Assembly (NCBI GenBank): GCA_013239625.1
Contig: MU053561.1
Span: 4,341,992 to 4,405,991 of the forward strand
Length of the DNA stretch: 64,000 nucleotides
DNA from: Lama guanicoe
Taxonomy: Eukaryota
Direction: 5' to 3'
Positions 39,601 through 49,388 of this stretch are shown here, piece after piece. Under the pieces are notes generated by a model. That model was given only the letters and a program-made list of their open reading frames with translations, was not told the origin of the DNA and ran no database searches. Position 1 is the first letter of the stretch. Each line of letters begins with the position of its first letter. The position numbers and the translations under genes are program-made.

Positions 39601-41135
39601 TTCCAAATAGTAGCAATTAAATACTGAAGACTAGTAATTCAACAACTAAAGACTTCTTTTTCTTTTTCAAGCAAGCAATGGAATATCTAAACAGATTCCA
39701 TCTATGTACACTATACTTAACTGACCTGTTCAAGCATGGGCAAAAAGTTAACTTTTTGTAAAGCAGGATCTGCAAGATAAAAGACAACTGGTATTAAATT
39801 TGCCAACATCTTATTTTTCATATTAAGTATTATATCTTGCTTTAATGTTAAGGCTATCAATATAACACCTGTTATATTTTCAATATCTAGCAATGTATAT
39901 TTTAAAAATGCTTCTATGTATGGTGATACAAGCTTTTCTAGTCTCCTACCTGAATCAATGTTTTCCCCAGTTTTGGAGAGATTAGTCATTGCAAATGGAA
40001 AACCAAAATCATCTTCAACACATTTGTTGAAACCCTAGAAACACAAAGAAGTTCTTAAGCATACTATCCCATACCACTCTAATAACTACCAGTGTAATAC
40101 GTAATTACATTTATAATATACATCTGCTTAAAGAAGTGACTATAATTATAAATCCTTTAATGCATATATTGTGTTAAAAATATCAAATGCTTTTGTTATG
40201 TAAATAAAGCAAAAATTTCTAATTTTCACTTGTAAGATAAAACTAAATAAAAATTACATGATACATGCCTTGTATATACTCAGGAATAATATTAGTAATT
40301 TTAATCAGTAGCATAGAATTTTAGTTTTCTTCAATTTCATTGTGATCGTTCCTTTGCTAGAACTGAGGATTATCTTCACTGAATAGCATTTTAATGTTAT
40401 ACTCTTTGCTACAGAGACATAAGAATTTTTTTACAGCATATAAAATTAAAATATTCATTGCTTCATCCCATCTCCAACATAAAGTTTCAAATGAGAAATT
40501 TAAATAAATTACTAGAAAAGGGCCTATTTCACCTGAGAAACTTGGTATAATTCCTCCCTTCCAATAAAAATCTACTATTTAAATGAATTTCCCTTTTTAT
40601 CCAGGAAGCTCAGTCAAATTTTAAGCTCAGTCACACTAATTCTTACCAGTATGTCAACATATTTGTCCAAATTTTCTTAATTTTCCTTGATCCTAATATT
40701 CTTCTAATTTGTATTTTACTTTTTCATTTTATATGCTTATAAGTTGCTTCAAATCATTTAAAGAAAGAGGGAGGATTAAAATAATCAGGTCCCAGTATGT
40801 ATGCAGAGTTCTAAAACAGCAGTGATTATATCTTTAAACGAATGATGCTTAAACACACTACGTACGCTCATTGTTCATTCACAGCAACGCTATACAAAAT
40901 TCTTGAGAAATCAGACTGTATTTAATGAAAGAAATATATATATATAATATAACCAGGAAGAAAGTTTACTTTGCCTCATTTACCTAAAGTTAAGAATAGG
41001 CAAATCAAGACTCATATGCAAATTTACCTTGAAGAAATTAGAATCTCCTCCCAAGGTCTGAGGTTTCACTGCAGATACTTGACTGCTACTTAATCTTGGT
41101 GGCACAAACAATGTAAAGGGCTTTTGCTTTTCCAT
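1427..41135 (-). CDS. SYCP1: Synaptonemal complex protein 1, partial spliced CDS (exons 2-15, about 420 codons; continues beyond the window start)
   Basis: Join of 41135-41028, 40034-39950, 39769-39726, 39550-39494, 38361-38197, 37462-37395, 30717-30644, 22646-22588, 21353-21284, 20676-20603, 17668-17560, 3503-3409, 2906-2722, 1494-1427 = 1261 nt. All introns are GT-AG, phases are consistent and there are no stops. Translation starts [26 protein letters not shown] and then becomes coiled-coil. Confidence 0.97.
2722..2906 (-). CDS. SYCP1: SYCP1 exon 14
   Basis: tag|[31 protein letters not shown]...LLTTEQQR|gtaaat; 185 nt. Confidence 0.95.
3409..3503 (-). CDS. SYCP1: SYCP1 exon 13
   Basis: tag|[31 protein letters not shown]|gtatga; 95 nt. 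Confidence 0.94.
4844..4900. repeat. 22-bp tandem repeat, about 2.6 copies
   Basis: AGGATTTATAYACAACTTGTTC repeated. Confidence 0.9.
5170..7030 (+). mobile_element. Old degraded L1 5'UTR/ORF1 fragments (boundaries approximate)
   Basis: A-rich ORF1-like sequence (gaagagagaattagtaaa, cagattcaagaagc, aaaatatcctttcc). Confidence 0.55.
7035..11010 (+). mobile_element. L1 5' half: 5'UTR, decayed ORF1 (about 8411-9290) and ORF2 endonuclease region (from 9739)
   Basis: Starts with the AAGATGGC motif. ORF2 N-terminus [26 protein letters not shown] and further EN fragments [29 protein letters not shown]. Multiple stops and frameshifts. Confidence 0.9.
9817..10097 (+). mobile_element. 5'-truncated younger L1 3'UTR nested in the older L1 ORF2
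   Basis: Perfect 15-bp TSD AAAAGACATAGGGTG at 9802-9816 and 10098-10112; A tail. Confidence 0.9.
11010..12900 (-). mobile_element. Mosaic of minus-strand L1 pieces (ORF2 fragments, a 5'UTR/ORF1 segment about 11670-12710, a 3' segment about 12715-12900)
   Basis: T-rich reverse L1 motifs (ttgctgagttt...cagatatgtgg; ctttatccattcatctattgatg) and a GC-richer reversed 5'UTR. Confidence 0.7.
13105..14850 (+). mobile_element. L1 ORF2 C-terminal part plus 3'UTR
   Basis: [41 protein letters not shown] motifs; 3'UTR and A tail. Confidence 0.92.
14912..15090 (+). mobile_element. tRNA-derived SINE, Vic-1-like (camelid)
   Basis: GGGGGTAGGGTATAGCTCA (A box)...GGTCCTGGGTTTAATCCCCAG (B box), (AAAT)n, C-rich tail; imperfect TSD AAAAGAAATAGA. 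Confidence 0.8.
15910..16538 (+). mobile_element. 5'-truncated young L1 3' end carrying an A-to-G hypermutated tract
   Basis: [23 protein letters not shown]2 end and 3'UTR; TSD AAATAACAAGGAGCTC (15894-15909) / AAATAATCAGGAGCTC (16539-16554). Confidence 0.92.
17560..17668 (-). CDS. SYCP1: SYCP1 exon 12
   Basis: tag|[36 protein letters not shown]|gtaagg; 109 nt. Confidence 0.95.
18150..18732 (+). mobile_element. 5'-truncated young L1 3' end (sister of 15910-16538)
   Basis: [21 protein letters not shown]; polyA; TSD AAAAAACTAACCCTTYCCAGA at about 18132-18152 and 18731-18751. Confidence 0.92.
20603..20676 (-). CDS. SYCP1: SYCP1 exon 11
   Basis: aag|[24 protein letters not shown]|gtattt; 74 nt. 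Confidence 0.94.
21284..21353 (-). CDS. SYCP1: SYCP1 exon 10
   Basis: tag|[23 protein letters not shown]|gtaggg; 70 nt. Confidence 0.94.
21932..21964. repeat. (TACA)n(CA)n compound microsatellite
   Basis: Seen directly. Confidence 0.85.
22588..22646 (-). CDS. SYCP1: SYCP1 exon 9
   Basis: tag|[19 protein letters not shown]|gtaagt; 59 nt. Confidence 0.95.
24095..24126. repeat. (CA)n microsatellite, interrupted
   Basis: Seen directly. Confidence 0.85.
25900..26810 (+). mobile_element. Ancient CR1/L3 LINE 3' fragment, interrupted by an L1
   Basis: gccatctttaaagatctaaag...gcttagactttttctgt...agagctgtcc...gtgaacttccatcactgaatatattcaaaca resembles the L3 3' end. Confidence 0.55.
26398..26728 (+). 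mobile_element. 5'-truncated L1 3'UTR insertion
   Basis: TSD AAGAGCTGYCCTYAAATGA at 26379-26397 and 26729-26747; same 3'UTR family as 9817-10097 and 14560-14850. Confidence 0.9.
27580..29060 (+). mobile_element. Old L1M 5'UTR/ORF1 fragments
   Basis: gacttccagt/ggactttgctttctgg starts; ORF1 coiled-coil-like gagaattagtgaactggaagaaag. Confidence 0.55.
30644..30717 (-). CDS. SYCP1: SYCP1 exon 8
   Basis: cag|[24 protein letters not shown]|gtaaat; 74 nt. Confidence 0.95.
31753..32604 (-). mobile_element. Solo LTR, MER21-like, inserted in the L1
   Basis: Interrupts L1 ORF2 between ...atattacc and ...agcaatctacagattc; the minus strand begins TGTAGTATTGTGATTTATAAG; internal tacctggagatagcatcagat. 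Confidence 0.7.
33526..33683 (+). mobile_element. Vic-1-like tRNA-derived SINE
   Basis: GGGGAGGGTATAGCTCAGTGGTAGA...GGTCCTGGGTTCAATCCCCAGTACCTCC followed by (AAAT)n(AACC)n. Confidence 0.85.
34698..34874. mobile_element. MER5A-like hAT MITE
   Basis: Termini CAGTAGTTTCCAAA ... TTTAAGAACCACTG; internal gaatcagaaactctgg. Confidence 0.75.
37395..37462 (-). CDS. SYCP1: SYCP1 exon 7
   Basis: tag|[22 protein letters not shown]|gtaagt; 68 nt. Confidence 0.95.
38197..38361 (-). CDS. SYCP1: SYCP1 exon 6
   Basis: tag|[55 protein letters not shown]|gtataa; 165 nt. Confidence 0.96.
39494..39550 (-). CDS. SYCP1: SYCP1 exon 5
   Basis: tag|[19 protein letters not shown]|gtcaga; 57 nt. Confidence 0.93.
39726..39769 (-). 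CDS. SYCP1: SYCP1 exon 4
   Basis: cag|[14 protein letters not shown]|gtcagt; 44 nt. Confidence 0.93.
39950..40034 (-). CDS. SYCP1: SYCP1 exon 3
   Basis: tag|[28 protein letters not shown]|gtagga; 85 nt. Confidence 0.93.
41028..41135 (-). CDS. SYCP1: SYCP1 exon 2 coding part (start codon); the exon probably begins at 41159 with 24 nt of 5' UTR
   Basis: ATG at 41135-41133; [36 protein letters not shown]|gtaaat; acceptor AG at 41161-41160. Confidence 0.96.
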
Positions 41136-41259
41136 TTTCTCTCTTCCAGTCGTAATTATCTATTGCTCCAGAGGGAGGAGAAAGCGTTTTACGTTGTTTC
41201 GTTAATCCTACTGATTCTTTATCTTAAGGGTGACGTTTGTATAATAAATGGGGATATAA

Positions 41260-41890
41260 AGAAATGGACGAAACCTTCGCCACCACGTTAGCCTACAGCG
41301 TCGCTTACTGCCGAGGTGATCAAAGTAAAGACATCCCCAATTTGTCCCACCATCCCCCACCCCCACCCCCAAAGGCCACGCTGGCGACGGATATAATCGA
41401 GAAACTCGAACTAGGCATATCCACTGCAACAGCCTGAAAAGAAAGCCTTCTACCTCCTCCAGCCCCGTCAAACTGCACCTCCTCGCCGGGAAGAACTATC
41501 TTAGGTTCTCACAGGACTACCGAGAAGACGCCGGGCTGCCGTTGTGAGGGAGCGGCGGTATCAAAACCTCGCCCCGCTCGGGTTCCGTCCTCAGGGAAGG
41601 AACTCGACACACCTCCCCTTACCTTTAAAAACCTAGCGGGAAACCGCAGACTCGGTGCCCACGCGAATTGCCACCTGCCGTCTCTTAGGACAGCGGAAAG
41701 AACCGCGGGCTTCTGCCTCCGAACCTCAGAAAAGGCGGGAAATCGCACCACCTCTGCGGCCAAGAGGGAGGGGCGGCGCCGGTGGCGGTTTAACGGCTAA
41801 ATAACGGTCATCCGCCTTGGTTGGCTGGGCGCCCAAGCCCTACATCTCGCGAGATTTGCCTTTACGTTCGTAACAATTCTTGTCCGCATT
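41260..41890 (-). promoter_or_regulatory. CpG-island promoter of SYCP1
   Basis: The only CpG-dense stretch in the window. Contains TAACGG (MYB) at 41791 and 41802, TCTCGCGAGA at 41845-41854, GCGGGAAA (E2F-type) at 41636 and 41735, and a GC box at 41771. Confidence 0.85.
41623..41780 (-). other. SYCP1: SYCP1 probable non-coding exon 1 (5' boundary approximate)
   Basis: Strong donor AAG|gtaagg (GT at 41622-41621) inside the CpG island, just upstream of exon 2. Confidence 0.6.
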
Positions 41891-41919
41891 CTGTTTCTAC
41901 TTAGAGTTCACATTCTTTA

Positions 41920-42860
41920 AACTTCTGCTATTGTTAGAGGATGCAAGGAGAACTATCAGGTGCTGTGATAGATTGGAGTTGAGAGTGAAAAATCTATTTC
42001 TGTCCTCCAAGAGCTCACAGTCTTAGGAAGAAAACAGAAGAGCGAACTATTATAGACACCTGTAATAATTTAACGATCGTAATTTTTAAGACTCGTTGGG
42101 ACACAGGGAAAGCGGCATTTACAGTGACTTGGGAGTCAGGAGAGGGCTGCACGGATGTGGTGCCCGTCTGTTACTGCTTCCGCAGAGAACAGAAGGGTCA
42201 ACAGAGCGCTGACTGGATAGTGAATGGTGGAAGGGATATTCCTGGCTGAGGGACGGTAGGCAAAGGCACTAGAGTTGTGAAAGAGAGAAGTACTAGAGTG
42301 TGTGAGTCCAGAACTAACACAATATTATCGATCAACTATACTTCAATTTTAAATTTTTTAATTTAATGTCTTAAAAAGTGAGTGAGTCCAAGAAGCGTGG
42401 TGTATGCGTGTGAGGACACAGTGGGAAAATGGCAAGAGATGAGGCTGGAGACAGCACAGATAAGAAGCCTTGCAAAAGCTTTTGGATTTTAGTCTTTATG
42501 GATGGGGATCTTGACGAATTTTGAGTTGAAAGGGAGGCATGATCAAGTTCAGAAGAAAATTTGTAGAATGAAAAACAGTTTAGGTTTAGGAGACTGGAGT
42601 TAGGGAGACAGTTTAAATAGCCTGAATAAGGCATGAGAACCTGAGCTAGACAGCAGCCGTGAAGATGAAGCAAGGGTGCCAAATATAAAAGCTATGCAGA
42701 AAATAAAATTAATAGGATTAGATGGCTTTTTAAAGTGAGCAGCGAAAGAGAGAAATCTAAGATTACTGGGTTTCAAACTTGCATTACTAGAATAGAATAA
42801 ATACTTAGGTTTGAGCAATAAGATAATGAGTTCTGTTCTTGATATATTGATTTTATTTTC
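41920..42860 (-). mobile_element. L2 fragment between NR1H5 and the SYCP1 promoter
   Basis: tgtcctccaagagctcacagtc...gggaggcatgatcaag...gatgaatgagttc-type L2 motifs. Confidence 0.6.
42311..42376 (+). mobile_element. Very short (about 65 bp) L1 3'-terminal insertion
   Basis: gaactaacacaatattatcgatcaactatacttcaat matches the L1 3' tip; TSD AGTGWGTGAGTCCA at 42297-42310 and 42377-42390. Confidence 0.8.
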
Positions 42861-43672
42861 TAACTTTCTTCATGTATTTTAGCTGATGCTTTTCCAAAGG
42901 ACTTTGGTAATATTTTTAAATAACTCATTTTGTTTTGTATCAGTTTAACCTATCAGACATAATAGTTTCTGCCAAAATTACAAAATTTTTGAGCTGGAAA
43001 GGATGATCCATGGTTAACTCTTTCATTTTACATTTTACGGAAACTGAGTCTAGATACTCTAAAAAAGATAAAATACTCCCTTCAAGAGATGATACCAAGA
43101 ATAAATGCACAAGATAACCCCTGGGGATAGTAATTGATAAGTTTAATTAAGATTTTTTATAAGTTGAGGGTTGAACAAAGATTTGTTCCTCTTCAATAAT
43201 TCATAAAATGCTATAATAGGAATAGGTTTTAAATGTTAGTGCTTATCCAATGACCTGTCCTTAATTAATGGGTTTCACAAGCTGCCTTTATTCTGATTAT
43301 AACTGTTACCACTAAATAGCCTTTTTCATGTCTACACATAATCTATATATTTTCACACAATCTTCTACTAAATAAAAAAAAAAAGTTTCTTCAGGTAAGA
43401 ACTCCATTTAGTATTACTCCCTTCTGAAGGAACCATGCACTAACAATAACAATTGCTTCTTTGGGACAAATCTTGAAAAGAATCCTAGATATCCATCTAG
43501 TGGTGGTCCTATATTCCATAAAATTTAATTGAGCCCTTGATGATGTCCACTTTATGGCAATATATGGGTAATACAGCAGTTCTGTTTCTGTTTTTCAAAT
43601 CAGTCCTCCTATGATGATAGAATAAATGATCTAGATTTAGGAAGTTTAAGACAAACTAAACATTCTAAAAGT

Positions 43673-43920
43673 TCAGCAATGTGAATACAAATTCCATTTC
43701 TCAGAAAGTAAACTAGCCAATCTGGGGTCCTTTGTTTTCCAAATGCTAAGTATTTCTGAGTGGTTGTGATTCAGTGTTCTCAGTTCAGTGAGCCTCCCTA
43801 TGAGACGAGCAAAATGCTGTAGGTCTTCTGGATGATAAATTTTTGAATATTTGTACAAGATTTGTAAAACTGGTTCTTGTAAATTTTCCACATGTTGCTT
43901 ATTTTTAAGGCATGGACGAT
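43673..43920 (-). CDS. NR1H5: NR1H5 coding exon 10 (C-terminal LBD/AF-2, stop)
   Basis: cag|(D)[57 protein letters not shown]...[15 protein letters not shown]. Confidence 0.95.
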
Positions 43921-46900
43921 CTGAAAAACATCATTATATATATATCTTAATGAATACTGGAAAATGGTAAAAGATAAATTAAAACAATACAGATTTTAAA
44001 TAATAAAAATAGCAAATATTTACTGAACCCTTAATATATGCCAGATTTTATGTTAGATAACTTGCTTCTATGCAAAATCTTATTTAATCCTTATAATACT
44101 CTATGAAAGAGAATTTCTTAATGATTAGACAGCACCCATTCATCCAGTCATTGAGCTGGAGATACACAATGAACATAACAGACTAAATTTTCTGCCCTCA
44201 TTGAGCTCATATTTTGGGTCTGGGAGAAATAAGGGAGGAAAAAGACATATATACATTTTTTAAATAAAAATATATGACAACAATAAATTTTATAGAGAAA
44301 AATAAACAGAGGAGAGGATGAGAATTAGGGTAGAGGGGAGATAGCTGTTTATATAAAAGTAATCAGAGTTAAGATGACATTTAGCAGAGATCCAAGATGG
44401 TGAAGGACGGAGCCATAAAGCTACCTAGGAAAGAGTTTTCCAAGCAGAAGATTTGTCATGTACAGTAGAACCTATGGCAGGAGGCTGCTTGAAATTTTAA
44501 GGGAACATATGCGTCAAAAACAATGTGACTGTGGAGTTGAAGCAAAAGAAATAGTAGTGGGCAATGATGGAAAGAACTTTGGCTTTAAACTGTGTAAATC
44601 AGGAAGCCATTAAAAGGTTCTGAGCAGAGGAATGACATGATCTGGCTCATCTTGTCAAAGAGTCACTCTGTCTACTGTATTGAGAATAGATCCTAGGAAG
44701 GCAAGGGCAAAAACAGGAAAGTGAGTTAGGATAGCAGTATTATTAGGGTGGCAGGGACAGAGACAGTAAGAAGTGGTTGAATTCTGGATATATTTTGAGG
44801 CTGGAGCCAACAAAAGTTGTTGCATATTTGATATGGGTAAAAGAAAGAAAGAAGTGAAGGATGACTTCAAGAATTTTGGCTTATGCAACTTAGGGGATGG
44901 GGTACAATTTAGTAGAGATGTAAGAAGAATATGGGAGAATTGAGGGGGGAAGAGATCAGGAGTTCACATTCAGATATGTTAAATTCTTTATGCCTGCTAA
45001 ACATCCAAGCTGAAATCTTGAGTAGGCCATTTAATGGAGTTTAGGGGAGCAGTCCAGGTTGGTATATAATTTGGGAGTTGTCGGCCTATAGATGGCATTT
45101 AAAGCCATGAGATAGGATGAAATTTCAAAGGAAATGAGTATAGAAGAAAAGATAACTGAGCCCTGGGACACTCTAATATTTATCAGTGTGGAAGATGAGG
45201 AATTAACAAAGGAGACAGAAAGAGCAGCTACTAAGGAGAGAAACCAAGATAGTGTAATGTCCTGGAAATCAAGTGGGAAAAAAAAATCAAGTCAAAAAGG
45301 AGGGAGTGATCAACTGAAGCCTAGTGGTAAGTGTTCTAAGAAAGAGGGTGTGATCTGCTCTGTCAAATGTAGCTGATGGGTCAAGTGAGATGAAGACTAA
45401 GAACTGACTACTGGAATCAGCAATTTCAAATTACTGAAGCTCTTGGCAAGTTATGGTGGAGGGGGAAGGGAGGGGACAAAATCTTACTGTATTGGGTTCA
45501 GGAATGAATGAGAGGAAAGAAATGGAGGCAGAAATATAGACAACTCTAAAAAAACTTTTTTTTTTCCTGTAATATAGAACAGAGAAATGGGAGAACAGCT
45601 GAAAGGGGATCTGAGGTCAATAGGCTTTTTCTTTTAAGATGCAACGAATTACAGAATGTTTGTAAGCTGAAGGCAATTTTTAAGAAAATTCACACATTTG
45701 GAATCAATGAATAATATAATAACTATAAATTTCATGCTTTCATTGCCAAACTTAATCCAAATTTTTACTGCTAAATGTTTTTTTACCTGAAAAAAACACA
45801 ATTGTTGCTGCAAGCAGAGCATATTCAGTATTAGTAATATTAAGCTCACTCATTCTTCTGTAGAAGTAAAACAGTGTGGTAATAAATTCTTCAACAATCC
45901 CTAAAAAGAAATACGAAATGTATTTTCATCAGAACATAGTGCAAAATCAAACATAGTACCATTATCCTATTTTCTCAAAGCAGTAAAAGAAAATGAAACA
46001 TATTTGACCAATTTTTTTCCATCCAATAAAATATTTTGTATTATATGTAATATTACCAGTCAGCATAGTAGAAGGACAGTCTTCATTGCAAAATGTTTCC
46101 ATAGAATAAATAACACTTCTATCACCACTCTGTTTGTGACAATTCAGTGAATGAGCTGAGTGATTTGATAGTTTCATAGTACCTAGTTAAGGGAAAAATA
46201 TAAAGTCTGATTTTTTAAATACAGATAGTAAATTCAATCTCTCTAATCTCTGTTAGACAGGAGAAGTTCCCAACAAATGGTAGCTTTATAATTTTTATTA
46301 CTGAAGCGTGGATCTAGATTAATAGTTCTTATTTTATATAAAAATTATATAGAAGACTCTCCAAAAATGTGCCTTCCACAATGCTATATAAAAAGAATGG
46401 CTTTCTTTAAAAGAAAATCAAAAGCTAGACCATAATAAACAGCTATTATGAAGTACTTATTCCTATACTGAGTAGTAAAATAAAAACATAATAAGAAAAA
46501 ATATCTCAGTTACATAATTTGTTTCTAAATTTGATAGTGACTATTAACATTAAAATTCAATTAATTGGCCTTTTTTACTTTCAGAAGCTGGTGAAAGACA
46601 TTCTTTCTGACTGTAAATTTGGGCCGCATGAAGGAACATCACTTCAGTTTTTGATCCCTTCTGTAATGCAGTCTGATCCTCACTGGTCAAATTTTCAAAT
46701 CCTTTAAGAAAAGATCACATAATTGTTTGAAATAGATAATGAAAAGATAATTTTCAGGTATAGGATTTAACATTTTTATATTATTTATTTAATTATGATA
46801 TGAATCCTAACTGTTCCCTTAGAATAATCATGATATGTAACTTCAAATCTGAATAAAATTCTTGATTCTACACGGTAGTATTTTGGGGTACTTTCATCAG

Positions 46901-49340
46901 AACTGGATATTAATACTTTCCTGTGGTAAGAACAAATTAAACATAGTTGGTTTAACCTTGAAGAATCTATTTTTACAGAGCGTTATCTGTACATGTAAAT
47001 AGATAGCTAAGTTTCGGCCAACAGTGGGTTGATTTTTTTTTTTGTATTGTACAGGGAATTTTATCTGTTTCATGTTTTATCTAAAAACCAAAAATAATGT
47101 ATTTCCAAAAATAAAAATAAGATAAAACATACAACCAATCATAGTTTGTCTTAACTCTAAGTCTTCGAAGTCACCTGTATAATATTTTTAAATATTTCTA
47201 TTTTCACCTACCTGATTGATTAAAGCAAATAAAGTAAAACATGATTTTGAATTTAGAAGCAGTTTTGGTTGAAAAATAGGTTTTGTTTCCTTAAAACATC
47301 TCCTTCCTTTAAAACAAGGAACTTTAAAAAAATTAAGTATTAAATTAATTTTTTTTTCCAGAGGTAAGGTGATTACCTGGAAGTCCCTTGGTAAAATCCA
47401 TGAACATTTTTATTTGTACGATAACTGTCTTGGAGAGTTGCAAAAAGCTCAGTTCAGGATTTGCATATTCCTGCAGCTAACCACCAGAAAGAAATACGAT
47501 TAATAATTTTTTTCTTTCCAATAGCTGTTTAAATTTTAAACTATATTTATGGTGTTATTTTCTAAATTTTAAACTTATATTTATGGTGTTATTGTAATTT
47601 CATAATTACAAATTACTTCTTGCCAGTAATGAACACATACAAAGCTTTGTGTTTCTTCTAAAGGAACTTTGTATTTTTGATGAGCAGCCACAATGTTATT
47701 AATGAGCTGATTTTCCTCTTGTGTTAGTTCCACGCTCTCCTGAATCTGTAAGAAAGTACAGGGGCAAAACTATACTGTATACTTATTAAATAAGACATCA
47801 TCATTAACAAAACAGGAAATTTCACTTTTCCAGATCTAGTGGTGGATGACACAAGTTTGTTGTTTACCCCTTCCTCTTTCACTTTGATGTTAGAGCAAAA
47901 ACTGTTATTCTTCTGTTTAAAGTTCTTTTGAAGCCTCTTTGATTTGCATTGGATTTCTGTAAGCAAACCTGTAACATTAGAAAATTCATATAAAATGTTT
48001 TAGGTATAGCAAATTATGGGATTTGATGAAAATTGTCTTGTACACAAATATCATAAACTTGTCTTTTCACAAAGAACCTTTCTTTTTTGGTGAGCATGTA
48101 CAACAGCAATTAAATTGACTACATTACTCTCTCCTTTTCCTAACACAACTACCTGTCTACTTAAAATTACATAGTCGTCCTGGACATAAATTAATGTTAA
48201 TTTTGCATCTCCAAATTATAAATTTAGACCTTTTTATATTAGTGAAATTTCCACATTAATTATATCTTGGAAGCAACAGAATGTTGATTGGTACATTGAA
48301 GGGAAACTCCTAATTTATAATTCTGCTTTTTCTAGATGAATTATATAACTTTAGGTTAAATAACATGAAAATACAAGGATTTCCAATTAAGAAGAAAATA
48401 TGATTATTACCAAAGTTAGAGCAATATAGTATAGAACAGAGTTTACTGAAATAATTACCTAGATTGGTAACTTGCTATCCTAACTTAGCAGTTGCTAGAG
48501 AAATAGCTTAAATTCAGACAAATATGTTATGTTCAAATATATTCAAAATAACTTGAAGAATGTATTAAGTTCCCAGCAAGGTAAGAAAAACTAAAACCCC
48601 TCTCAATAAACAAAAAACAAAAAAACAATAACACTTACATTCTTCCAACATTCCTACTGCCTTACACTTTTTTAGTCTACACTCTTGACATTTTCTACGC
48701 ATGTACATGTCCATTTCACAGTGACCACCATTCTTGCAATTATATACTGCATTTTTGGTGATGCTACGTCGAAAAAACCCTAATAACAAAAAGATTTTTT
48801 AAAAACTTTATTAAGTAGGTATTTTTAGTTACTTATTTTTATTAATATATAGCTCCATAGTAAAGTAATAAAATTAACTAAGTTACTTCAGTAAAATGTT
48901 TTTCCCCCAATAAGAAAGTTTGGTTTAATATACATTTATCTGGATAATTGTTTTAATCCTCTTCTGTTTGACATATTTTATTCCAAGGTTGTTCCTGTCC
49001 ATAATTTATCTGAAGATTAAACTAAATAACCCCAACACATTAAAATAACTCTATTTTACTATGGTTATAATATATCATCCAGAAGATTTTTAAAACTATG
49101 TTTTACAGAATATCAAGATTCTGTGAAACATCTCTCAAGGTTCCCTAGAAAGAATATGTGCTAATGTAAAATAAAACTATAAGGAAAGCCTTTCTGTTTC
49201 TCTCCTCACATTTCCACCTCAACTCGTAAAGGAAGAGATATTCATCCAAACTTAATTCCTTTGTCCTTCTCCCTTTTTAGCATTTCCCCAGATGAGAAAA
49301 TATTGCTAATTTATTTGGTCCAAGATGTTGAATGGGCCAT

Positions 49341-49388
<48 letters not shown>

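Noticed and set aside
41509..41763. 84-aa ORF in the CpG island
   Set aside because: It starts at a non-ATG codon, runs through the exon 1 donor, and is expected by chance in GC-rich promoter DNA.
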